A stretch of DNA of 64,000 nucleotides from an uncultured Candidatus Binatia bacterium (GTDB taxonomy: Bacteria; Desulfobacterota; Binatia; Bin18): positions 160,001 through 224,000 of the forward strand of contig OZ241744.1 of assembly GCA_965200965.1 (NCBI GenBank), given 5' to 3'. The translations under genes and the position numbers were made by a program. Positions 20,224 to 29,144 of the stretch are shown piece after piece. Within the stretch, counting starts at the first letter, position 1. Every line of letters starts with the position of its first letter. Under the pieces are notes generated by a model, which was not told the origin of the DNA, searched no databases, and saw nothing but the letters and a program-made list of their open reading frames with translations.

Positions 20224-21417
20224 ATGCTAAATCGAGCCGAAAGTCGGCGTATGCGGGCGGTTCAGTCGCCGATCATTCCAGTCGTTGCCGAGCTGATCCG
20301 CGCCAACCCCGGCACACTGTCCTTGGGCCAGGGCGTGGCCTACTACGGCCCGCCACCCGAAGCGCTCGAAGCCGTCCGTGGCTTTGAGGCTGACCCGGAG
20401 AACCATAAGTACACACTCGTCCAGGGCATTGAGCCGCTGTTAGAGGCGATTGACCACAAGCTGTGCCAGGAGAATGGCATGGCCCTGGACGCTGGGCAGC
20501 GCATCGTGGTGACGGCCGGGAGCAATATGGCCTTTATGAACGCCCTGATGGCGATTGCCGACCCAGGCGACGAGATCATTCTGCCGCTGCCCTACTATTT
20601 CAACCACGAGATGGCCATTGTCATGCTGAACTGCCGGGCGGTATGTGTGCCGAGTGATGAGCACTATCAGCTCCGGCTCGACGCCATCAGCAGGGCCATC
20701 ACCGAACGGACCCGGGCGGTTGTCACCGTCTCGCCCAACAACCCGGCCGGTGTGGTCTATCCAGAAGCCGAGCTGCGGGCGGTCAACCGCCTGTGTGGCC
20801 AAGCCGGCATCTACCACATCAGCGACGAGGCGTATGAGTATTTCACCTATGACGGGGCGCAGCATTTCTCGCCCGGCTCGGTGGCCGGCAGCGGTGCCCA
20901 TACCATCTCGCTGTACTCGCTGTCCAAGGCCTACGGCTTCGCCAGTTGGCGCATCGGCTGGATGGTCGCGCCAGCCCACCTGTATCCGGCGATCACAAAG
21001 GCCCAGGACACGATGCTGATCTGCCCGCCGGTCGTGTCCCAACACGCCGCGGTGGCCGCCATGCGTGTCGGGTCGGCCTATTGTCGTGACAAACTCACGG
21101 CCATGACCGTGACCCGCCAAGTCGTGCTGCGGGAGCTGAACGCGGTGTCCAAACTGATCGGCCTGCCCCGGTCCGACGGGGCGTTCTACTTTCTGCTGCG
21201 GGTGCGGACTGCCATGCCGCCGCTGACCCTGACCGAGCGGCTGATCCGTGAGCATCGGGTGGCGGTCATCCCCAGCACCGCGTTTGGTCTGAGCGATGGT
21301 TGCTACCTGCGGCTGGCCTATGGGGCCTTGAGTGAAGAGGTGGCCGGCGAGGCGGTCGGCCGGCTGGCGCGCGGGCTACGGGAACTTCTCGATGAAACGC
21401 CGGTCTCCTCTCCTTGA
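20224..21417 (+). CDS. PLP-dependent aminotransferase class I/II
   Basis: SLGQG, SPNNPAG, SDEAY, SLSKAYGFASWRIG. Confidence 0.94.
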   Translation: MLNRAESRRMRAVQSPIIPVVAELIRANPGTLSLGQGVAYYGPPPEALEAVRGFEADPENHKYTLVQGIEPLLEAIDHKLCQENGMALDAGQRIVVTAGSNMAFMNALMAIADPGDEIILPLPYYFNHEMAIVMLNCRAVCVPSDEHYQLRLDAISRAITERTRAVVTVSPNNPAGVVYPEAELRAVNRLCGQAGIYHISDEAYEYFTYDGAQHFSPGSVAGSGAHTISLYSLSKAYGFASWRIGWMVAPAHLYPAITKAQDTMLICPPVVSQHAAVAAMRVGSAYCRDKLTAMTVTRQVVLRELNAVSKLIGLPRSDGAFYFLLRVRTAMPPLTLTERLIREHRVAVIPSTAFGLSDGCYLRLAYGALSEEVAGEAVGRLARGLRELLDETPVSSP

Positions 21418-21431
21418 GGGTGAAGCAAGGG

Positions 21432-23132
21432 CTAACGGAAGGCTTCGCTGAACGCCTGCCGTTGCTGCGTACTGCCCAGCATAATGAGTTCACTGCCCCT
21501 CATGAGCGTTGTCGCCGGAAGCGGGTTGGTCATCACATGCCCGTTGTGCTGAATGCCGATGACATTCAGCCCAGTCCGGGCACCAATCTCGCTTTCCACC
21601 AGGCTCAGGCCGACCAGGGCGTTAGGCAGGGCAACGGTAAACAACTCCACCCCCTCTTCCAGAATCCCCAGTTCATAGCCTTGCAGCAGCGAGAAAACCT
21701 GCTCAACCCCAAGCGACGCATAGCTCAGCACAAAGTCTGCACCGGCCCGGTGAATCGCCTCCAGATTCCGCTCGTGGGTAATGCGGCTGACAATGCGCAG
21801 CTCGGGGTTGAGACGCCGGCAGTAGATCGTCAGATAGATGTTCATGGCATCGTCGTTGGTGGTCAGCAGTACCGCGGGGGCGTGGTGGAGGCCGGCCCGC
21901 ATCATCACCTCGCGGTCGGCGGCATTGCCGATGAAGAGCTTGTCGGGAAGGGAGGCGAGGCGCTCACGCAGCGCCTCGTCATGTTCCAGCAGGTGGACCG
22001 GGAGCTGCTGGCGCTTGAGCGCCCGGGTGGCGGCGCAGCCGACTTTGCCGCCGCCAATGACCAGGACCGGATTGTAGTTCGTGTCATAGATGACCAGCAG
22101 GGTGTTGAGTTCCAGCATCTGTTCGGCCGTTCCCACCACGACCACTACGCTGGTATTGGCCAGATAGGTGTCGGGCGAGACCGGCACTAGCCGCCCGCGC
22201 TCCCACATGCCGACGATGGTGACGCCGAGGGCTTCGCGCAGCCCGGTGTCGCGGATGGTGCGGCCGGCCAGGGGCGTGTTGTGGACCGGAAACTCGGCCA
22301 CATGCAGGTCTCTGAAGCGGCCAATCTCGTGGGCTTCGGCATGGCCGGTGTTGACCCGGTTGGCCAGCCGCTCCCCCAAGCGTTGTTTGAGGGGCAGGAC
22401 ATGGGTGCAGCCGCTGAGCTCCAGAATATCAATGGAGTCCTCGTTTTCGACGGTGGCCAGCACTGGCACCTGGCCGGCGACCTCGCGGACGGTCAGGGTG
22501 ATGTTGGTGTTGAGCGTATCGGCGCTGTCGGCCAGGACCAGGCGGGCCTGCGCGGCGTGGACTTTTTCATAGGTTTCACGGCTGTCCAGCTCGCCGGTGA
22601 TGACCGAAACGCCGTTTTGGTGCAGCCGGGCGGCAGCGCTGGGGTCGGGTTCAATGACGTAATAGGGAATGTTATGCAGCCGCAGGCGCTCAATCAGCCC
22701 GGGCGCAAGGGTATTATAGGCACAGATGACCACATGTCCGCTGGCCCCGGGCGACGCCTGGCGTGGCGCTTGCAGCCGGACCTGGGCCTCGAGCCAGGGG
22801 GCGTAGAAGAAACGGATAAAGGTAAATGGCAGGACAATGAGCAGCAGGACAATGCCCGACAGCAGGACCACCATGCTGAACAGCCGGCCGATATCTCCGC
22901 TGAAGGTGATGTCGCCAAAGCCGAGCGTGCTCATCACCGTCAGCGTCCAGTAGAAGCCGGTCAGCCACGAGTGGTTCTGATCCTCGTCGTAGAGCATGAT
23001 GAGGTGAAAGAGGACCGAGAAGACGATCATTGTGCCGGCCAGAAAGGCGAGCAATTTGAGCAGCGCCCCGATATTCCGGCGGGTTTCCCGATCGTTCAGA
23101 AAATAGGCCAACTGCGGGCCGAGCAGCTTCAT
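21432..23132 (-). CDS. Potassium channel protein with two TM helices and tandem RCK (TrkA-N/TrkA-C) domains
   Basis: Filter TVMSTLGFGDI; GHVVIC and VLVIGGGKVG RCK_N; two RCK_C segments. Confidence 0.9.
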   Translation of the reverse strand: MKLLGPQLAYFLNDRETRRNIGALLKLLAFLAGTMIVFSVLFHLIMLYDEDQNHSWLTGFYWTLTVMSTLGFGDITFSGDIGRLFSMVVLLSGIVLLLIVLPFTFIRFFYAPWLEAQVRLQAPRQASPGASGHVVICAYNTLAPGLIERLRLHNIPYYVIEPDPSAAARLHQNGVSVITGELDSRETYEKVHAAQARLVLADSADTLNTNITLTVREVAGQVPVLATVENEDSIDILELSGCTHVLPLKQRLGERLANRVNTGHAEAHEIGRFRDLHVAEFPVHNTPLAGRTIRDTGLREALGVTIVGMWERGRLVPVSPDTYLANTSVVVVVGTAEQMLELNTLLVIYDTNYNPVLVIGGGKVGCAATRALKRQQLPVHLLEHDEALRERLASLPDKLFIGNAADREVMMRAGLHHAPAVLLTTNDDAMNIYLTIYCRRLNPELRIVSRITHERNLEAIHRAGADFVLSYASLGVEQVFSLLQGYELGILEEGVELFTVALPNALVGLSLVESEIGARTGLNVIGIQHNGHVMTNPLPATTLMRGSELIMLGSTQQRQAFSEAFR

Positions 23133-23323
23133 ACGCAAAACCCTGGGAGGTAACGCTACGCGAGGGATATCAGGAAGGAGAAGACTGATGAGCGATTTGA
23201 CGGACGAGTAGCGGTGGTTAGCGGGGCCGGCAACGGCCCGGGCCGAAGTCACGCTCGGTTTCTGGCCTTGAGGTATCTGGGGGCAAAACAGTGCTGCTCC
23301 GCCAGCGTGTTTCGCCACACAAC

Positions 23324-24022
23324 TCACCCGGATTTTCTCAACAGTCCTCCTCTGCTGCCGACCCGGACAAACGGCAGGGCGTGGGACGCGATAAACTCGG
23401 CATAGGCCTGAAGCGAGCCGTCCTCTATCCCTCCCTCTTTACAGTCAGCAACGAGGACGGCACCACCGGGAACGATGTGAGGCCAGAGTTTGTCAAGTGT
23501 GTGCTTGGTGGGGAGGTAGAGGCTGATGTCGAGCGAGGCCACGGCGATTGGGCCGATGGCTTCCCAGTCTACTTCCTGACAGTCTCCGGCAATGACTGTG
23601 AAGCCCTTGTATCCGAGGCGGTGAAGGGTGTTCTTGAGGATGGCAGGGGAGCCGTGTCGGAACCTGTCCATCTCCGACCTCTTCTTACCGCGATACATGA
23701 CTTCGTAGCGCATGGAACTCTCTGAGAAGCCTCTGAAGGTGTCAATCAGTATGACCGGCGCTGGATTTGCCGTGCAGCGCATATGCTCAAGCAGAAAGAC
23801 GGATGTGTAACCCCATCCGCACCCGATCTCGCAGACCGTCCCCCCCGTCTCTTTGGTCGATTCGATCGAATTGACAAGGCAGGCAAGTTCGAGCGGCTCA
23901 AGGCGAGAACGGTATTTGGGGAATACCAAATCCCGCAACGGCCAGGGCACACCGTAGACTATCTTTTTGAGAAAACCATAGGTATTGGGAGTGAAGAATG
24001 TCTTCAATACCCTGCCCGCCAT
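23324..24022 (-). CDS. TylF/MycF/NovP-related O-methyltransferase
   Basis: EIGCGWGYTS, IDTFRGF, IAGD, LDISLYLPT, PGG motifs. Confidence 0.75.
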   Translation of the reverse strand: MAGRVLKTFFTPNTYGFLKKIVYGVPWPLRDLVFPKYRSRLEPLELACLVNSIESTKETGGTVCEIGCGWGYTSVFLLEHMRCTANPAPVILIDTFRGFSESSMRYEVMYRGKKRSEMDRFRHGSPAILKNTLHRLGYKGFTVIAGDCQEVDWEAIGPIAVASLDISLYLPTKHTLDKLWPHIVPGGAVLVADCKEGGIEDGSLQAYAEFIASHALPFVRVGSRGGLLRKSG

Positions 24023-24101
24023 TGTGACTGATCGACTCCGCGCTCCCGCCAGATTTCTTCGTGTTTCCAAGTTTCGATCAGACAGGCCGGCAGGTGGGGG
24101 G

Positions 24102-25031
24102 TCACTCTTCTTCTGCCAAGGCGGTGCTGAGATAGCGTTCAGACGAGCTGGCCAGGATGACCACAATCAGCCGGCCGGTATTTTCCGGGCGGGCGGCGAC
24201 TCGGAGGGTGGCCCACACCGCGGCCCCGCTGCTGATGCCGGCCGGAATGCCTTCTTGTCTGATGACCCGCCGGGCGGTGGCCAGCGCGTCTTCGTCTGTG
24301 ACCCGGACGATTTCGTCGATCAGCCCGGTGTTGAGAATGGCCGGGATAAAGCCGGCACCAATGCCCTGGATTTGATGCGCGGCGGGCGGACCGCCGGACA
24401 GCACAGCCGAGCGGTCGGGCTCGACGGCAACGGCCCGGAAGCTCGGCTTCCTGGCCTTGAGGACCTCGGCCACGCCGGTAATCGTCCCCCCGGTGCCCAC
24501 GCCGCTGACCAGCATATCGACCCGGCCGTCGGTATCGTCCCAGATTTCAAGGGCGGTCGTGCGGCGGTGGATGTCTGGATTATTCGGGTTTTCAAACTGC
24601 TGGGGAATAAAGGTGTCGGGCAGTGTTGTGGCGATCTCTTCGGCCTTGCGGATGGCACCGGGCATGCCCTGTTGGGCCGGGGTCAGCGCCAGTTCTGCGC
24701 CTAGCAGACGCAGCAGGCTGCGGCGTTCCATGCTCATTGAGTCCGGCATGGTCAGGATCAGCCGATAGCCGCGGGCGGCACACACAAAGGCCAGCGCAAT
24801 CCCGGTGTTACCGCTCGTCGGTTCAACGATCACGGTGTCCGGGCCGATTGCGCCGTCCCGTTCCGCGGCGGCAATCATGTTATGGCCGATCCGGTCCTTG
24901 ACGCTGCCGAGCGGATTAAAAAACTCCAGCTTCGCGTACACCTCGGCACGAAGACCGCGCGTCATCCGGTTGAGGCGGACAAGCGGGGTGTGGCCAATGG
25001 TCTCGGTGATGTCTTTGAAGAGGCGTGCCAT
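24102..25031 (-). CDS. cysK: Cysteine synthase A
   Basis: [37 protein letters not shown]. Confidence 0.97.
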   Translation of the reverse strand: MARLFKDITETIGHTPLVRLNRMTRGLRAEVYAKLEFFNPLGSVKDRIGHNMIAAAERDGAIGPDTVIVEPTSGNTGIALAFVCAARGYRLILTMPDSMSMERRSLLRLLGAELALTPAQQGMPGAIRKAEEIATTLPDTFIPQQFENPNNPDIHRRTTALEIWDDTDGRVDMLVSGVGTGGTITGVAEVLKARKPSFRAVAVEPDRSAVLSGGPPAAHQIQGIGAGFIPAILNTGLIDEIVRVTDEDALATARRVIRQEGIPAGISSGAAVWATLRVAARPENTGRLIVVILASSSERYLSTALAEEE

Positions 25032-25143
25032 CGGGTTCCTCACGCTCTTGGAGAGCACCCCAGTGTACGCGTAAGTGCAGACCTCTGGCAAGCGGAGGTT
25101 TTCCAATCAGAGGAGGAAAAGAACAGGGGAGGGAGATCCCGGT

Positions 25144-25935
25144 CTAAATCCCTTCCCCGTCCCGATTCTGAACGGCGTCGTACTCACGCTGAAAGCGACC
25201 GCTCTCAATTGAGCAGTGCATGCCGCACTCTTTGAGCGCACCGTTCTCCCACCACCAGCGTCCGGCCCGGTGGTCTTCTCCGACTGAGATTGGCCGGGTA
25301 CACGGCTCACAGCCGATGCTGGTATAGCCCTGCTCGTAAAATGGATGGACCGGGACGCGGTGGGCGCGCACATAGTCCCAGACCTGCCCTTCGGTCCAGT
25401 CTGCCAGCGGATTGAGCTTCACCAGCCCGCCGTGGTCATGGTCGGCTTCGACTTTCTGGATGCCGGCCCGGCTGCTGAGCTGATCGCGGCGCAGGCCGGT
25501 GACCCAGGCGTCAAGTGAGGACAGGACGCGGCGTAGGGGCAGGACTTTGCGCGTGTGGCAGCACAGCCGGCGCAGGTCTATGTCCTGGTAGAACAGGTTC
25601 ATGCCGTGGCGGCGGACTACGCTTTCGACCTGGACGGCGTCCGGGAAATAGACCTCGATGTCCGTCTGGTAATGGTCCCGGGCGGTGTCGATCAAGGTAT
25701 AGGTGTCCTGCGGCAGCCGGCCGGTGTCAATGGTGAACACCCGGACCGTGGGATCAAGCCGCCAGGCCATGTCAAGAACGACCATGCCGTCGGCCTGGAA
25801 GCTGGTACAGATCGCCAGCCGCGAGCCAAAGCGTTCCAGGGCCCAGCGCAGCACGTCTTGGGGGGAGCGTTGTTCATAGCTGGCGGCCAGGGCGTGAATA
25901 GCCGGTTCGTCCAGGCCGATGTGCTCCATCATCAT
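25144..25935 (-). CDS. cysH: Assimilatory APS/PAPS reductase, Fe-S (APS) type
   Basis: IDTGRL, CC..RK, TGLRRDQ, SIGCEPCT, ECGMH. Confidence 0.93.
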   Translation of the reverse strand: MMMEHIGLDEPAIHALAASYEQRSPQDVLRWALERFGSRLAICTSFQADGMVVLDMAWRLDPTVRVFTIDTGRLPQDTYTLIDTARDHYQTDIEVYFPDAVQVESVVRRHGMNLFYQDIDLRRLCCHTRKVLPLRRVLSSLDAWVTGLRRDQLSSRAGIQKVEADHDHGGLVKLNPLADWTEGQVWDYVRAHRVPVHPFYEQGYTSIGCEPCTRPISVGEDHRAGRWWWENGALKECGMHCSIESGRFQREYDAVQNRDGEGI

Positions 25936-25972
25936 GGGCGTCTACTCCGTCCGTTCGGCTGGTGGTGAGAGT

Positions 25973-27799
25973 TCAGACCGAGCATTCGCCTTCTCCCCGT
26001 TCGAGTTTGTAGAGCGTTGAGCGGTTCCAGTCGATGAAGTCGCTCTGGTGCTGTTCGTCAAATTTCATCGGCAGGGACAGGTCTCTGATCATCTCCTCAA
26101 ATGTCTCCACCCCGGTCCGGTCCAGAAAGGCATTGAAGGATTCGCCGGCCCGGCGCTCGTCCTGGTAATAGCGAAGAAAGCGCTCGGTCGCCTCGGGCGC
26201 GCGTTTTGCGGGCACACGGACCCGCAGGCGCTGGGCGATGCGCGCCCGGCCGTCGTCGTACTGGCCGCCGAGCATGACGATATAGCCCGGCACTTGGCGT
26301 CCGTCGAACTTCATGGCCGCGCCATAAAAGCCGATGTTGGCGATATGGTGGCGGCTGCAGCCATTGGGGCAACCGCTCATTTTGATGTGGATCTGCCGGG
26401 TCAGGGGATCGTCGATCTGGAGGGCTTCCAGGCGTTGCTGCACGGCCGCGGCCAAGCCCATTGAGTTGGTGATGCCGAGCTTGCAACTCTCGGTCCCCGG
26501 GCAGCTGACCACGTCGGTGATCTGTCTCGCCCCGGCTTGGCCGAGGTCCAGGGCGCTCAGCCGGGTCCACACATCGTACAGACTCTCGTTGCGAACCCAG
26601 CGCAGGACGATATTTTGCTCGTCTGTGGTCCGGGCGTTGCCGCCGCTGAAGTCGCGCATGGTCTGGGCTAGGCCCCGAAATTGCTCAGGATTCAGATCGC
26701 CGCGCGATACCTTGACCTCGGCCGTGGAAAATCCGGCTTGGCGCTGGGGCCGGACATTCGAGGCCAGCCAGGCCTTGAATGCCTGTTGGTCGCCGTTGGG
26801 GCTACCAGGATTGAGCGGCTTTTTGGGTGCCCGGGCTTCTTCCTCGTCCATGAACTGGAGCGGATCAGGATCAAAGTTCCGCTCCTTGACCCAAGCGCCC
26901 CGCATTTCTTCGTCAACCAGCTCGCGGAAAGCGTCTATGCCAATACGGTCAATCAGGAACTTGATGCGGGCCCGGGCCCGGTTGACACGCAGTTCATCGC
27001 TGCGGTTGAAAATACGCAGCATGGCCTCGGCCACCTTGAGGTAGGCCTTGACCGACACAAAGGGGTAGAGGCAGGAGCCGATGCGGGGCAGAATTGAGGT
27101 GCCGCCCCCAGTCCGCACCTCAAAGCCTTTTTGGCCGTCTGTGATCCGGGGGATAAGGCCCAGATCATGAATACCCGAAACTCCCAGGTCTCGGTCGGTG
27201 CTGGAAAACGAGACCTTGAACTTCCGGGGCAGATTCTGGGTCAGCGGGCTGCGGATAAAGTAGCGCACCAGCGCCCCGGCATACGGGGTGGGGTCAAACA
27301 GCTCGCCCGGCGCTACACCGGCAAACGGGTCGCACACTACATTGCGGACCGTGTTGCCGCAGGCTTCACGGGTGGACAGGGCGCGGTCGCCCAGCAGGCG
27401 AATGGCCTTGGCCGCCTCAAGCAGCGGGATATGGTGAAACTGCACATTCTGGCGGGTGGTAATATGGCCTTTTTTCAGCGGCGTGTATTGCTCGGCCACA
27501 TCGGCCAGGGCGTCGAGCTGGTCCGGGCTGACCCCGCCAAAGGGCAGCTTGACCCGGATCATCTGGGCGTTTGGTTGACGCTGACCGTAGACGCCTTGGC
27601 GCAGGCGAAAGCCCATGAAAACCGGTGCCTCTGTCTCCGCCCTCAGAAATTTTTGGGTCTCAGTGTCGAAGTCATCAAATTCCTGTTCAAGGATTGGAAT
27701 GACGTGACCGGGGATGTTCTGGTAGACTTCTGGATTATCGAGTGCCCCGACTTTTACCTCTTGAGATGCCGGCTGGCTTTCCTGGGTTTCGTTTGTCAT
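25973..27799 (-). CDS. Siroheme sulfite (nitrite/sulfite) reductase
   Basis: GVYGQRQ, TTRQN, ACGNTVRN, LPRKFK, CPGTESC and SGCPNGC siroheme/4Fe-4S ligands; first gene of the cys operon. Confidence 0.92.
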   Translation of the reverse strand: MTNETQESQPASQEVKVGALDNPEVYQNIPGHVIPILEQEFDDFDTETQKFLRAETEAPVFMGFRLRQGVYGQRQPNAQMIRVKLPFGGVSPDQLDALADVAEQYTPLKKGHITTRQNVQFHHIPLLEAAKAIRLLGDRALSTREACGNTVRNVVCDPFAGVAPGELFDPTPYAGALVRYFIRSPLTQNLPRKFKVSFSSTDRDLGVSGIHDLGLIPRITDGQKGFEVRTGGGTSILPRIGSCLYPFVSVKAYLKVAEAMLRIFNRSDELRVNRARARIKFLIDRIGIDAFRELVDEEMRGAWVKERNFDPDPLQFMDEEEARAPKKPLNPGSPNGDQQAFKAWLASNVRPQRQAGFSTAEVKVSRGDLNPEQFRGLAQTMRDFSGGNARTTDEQNIVLRWVRNESLYDVWTRLSALDLGQAGARQITDVVSCPGTESCKLGITNSMGLAAAVQQRLEALQIDDPLTRQIHIKMSGCPNGCSRHHIANIGFYGAAMKFDGRQVPGYIVMLGGQYDDGRARIAQRLRVRVPAKRAPEATERFLRYYQDERRAGESFNAFLDRTGVETFEEMIRDLSLPMKFDEQHQSDFIDWNRSTLYKLERGEGECSV

Positions 27800-27813
27800 C
27801 TGTCACCTCCGTG

Positions 27814-27838
27814 AATGTCTATTAGTTCTATAGATATT
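27814..27838. promoter_or_regulatory. Rrf2-type operator box 1
   Basis: AATGTCTAT-N7-ATAGATATT, 9-bp inverted repeat with one mismatch. Confidence 0.7.
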
Positions 27839-27913
27839 GGGGGTAGTGTGATTATGGCTATTGCGGTGTGTATGTCAAGCCGGGGGTGTCTCAAGGCCGA
27901 GTTTTGACATTTT

Positions 27914-27938
27914 ATTGCCTACAAATTAGATAGACATT
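27914..27938. promoter_or_regulatory. Rrf2-type operator box 2
   Basis: ATTGCCTAC-N7-ATAGACATT abutting the rrf2 ATG; same spacing as box 1. Confidence 0.65.
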
Positions 27939-28403
27939 ATGAAACTGTCAAAAAAAGCGGAGTATGCGCTGCGTGCCCTGACGTGTCTGGGCGCGCCCGG
28001 GGCACCACCGGTGTTGTCCATTCAGGAGATTGCTGACCGGGAGAAGATCCCCAAAAAATTCCTGGAACAAGTCCTGCTCGCCCTCAAAAAAGCCGGTCTT
28101 GTCCAGAGCAGCCGGGGCAAAGCCGGGGGCTACACACTGCAAGCCGCGCCGGCCCGGGCCACCCTCGGCGACATTATTCAGGCGATCGAAGGGCCGTTTG
28201 CGCCCTTGCCGTGCGCGGATAGTGCGGCCCCGGTCAAGTGTCCGGATTGCCCCAGTTTGGAGCATTGCTGGCTGCGCGGAGTGATGACAGAAGTCGGGCA
28301 GGCGGTAGCGGCCGGCTGCGGTCGGTTTACGCTGGTCGATTTATGTCGGCGGGCCGCGGCGGGCCGGCGGCGGTCAGGCCAGGCCTTGATGTATGAGATT
28401 TAG
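27939..28403 (+). CDS. Rrf2 family transcriptional regulator (CymR/IscR-like)
   Basis: MKLSKKAEYALRAL, IPKKFLEQVL, SSRGKAGGY, Cys cluster, LMYEI tail. Confidence 0.92.
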   Translation: MKLSKKAEYALRALTCLGAPGAPPVLSIQEIADREKIPKKFLEQVLLALKKAGLVQSSRGKAGGYTLQAAPARATLGDIIQAIEGPFAPLPCADSAAPVKCPDCPSLEHCWLRGVMTEVGQAVAAGCGRFTLVDLCRRAAAGRRRSGQALMYEI

Positions 28404-28496
28404 GCCACGCTTGACTCTGTGGGCGGGCTTTCCTAATGTTCGCGCACAGGTTTTCACAGGTGGCTCGTACGCCACACGACAAGCAAGGGGGCGTGT

Positions 28497-29114
28497 ATGG
28501 ACCGCAAATTATTTGACTATCTCGCCTGACCGTTCGCCATGAGGACGAGGATCGTGCTCAAGGAAAAAGCTCTCGATTTTGAACGGATTCTTATCGACCT
28601 GCCCGGCAAGGAACAAAAACAGCCCTGGTTTTTGGCGCTCAATCCATACGGCAAGGTTCCGGTGCTGGTTGAAGAAGGTGCCTGGGTGGTTGAATCTGCC
28701 CTGTGCAACGAATACCTCGAAGAGCGATACCCCACGCCCCGGCTGGCACCCACAGATGCTCGGGACAAAGCCGAGATGCGTTTGTGGGTCGAGTTTTGTA
28801 ATAGTCAGTTCGTTCCGCCGGTGCTGAGCATCATGTACGAAAAACGTAAACCGGCCGAAGAGCAGAATGCGGACAAAATCCGGCACAACCAGGAAAAGCT
28901 CGCAGCCCTGCTACCACACCTTGAGCAGCAGTTAGGCGGGCGTGACTACCTGATGGGTGAATACGGTATTGCTGACCTGAGCTTCACGCCTTTTCTGACC
29001 CTGGCCGAGCGGGCGGGCGTTGATTTCGACCTGTTTCCAAACGTTGCCATCTGGCATCAGCGGCTCAAACAGCGGCCTGGCTATGAAGAGGTGAAGATCG
29101 GGTTTGCAGCCTGA
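28497..29114 (+). CDS. Glutathione S-transferase, probable selenoprotein (UGA at 28527-28529 read as Sec)
   Basis: RBS AAGGGGG then ATG 28497: MDRKLFDYLA-UGA-PFAMRTRIVLKEK, NPYGKVPVL, ESALCNEYLEE, YGIADL. Confidence 0.85.
28540..28560 (+). other. Bacterial SECIS-like hairpin
   Basis: TGAG-G-ACGA-GGA-TCGT-G-CTCA; G-containing apical loop about 19 nt after the UGA. Confidence 0.6.
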
Positions 29115-29144
29115 GAGGTGTCAGAGCCTCTGCTGTCCACGTCA

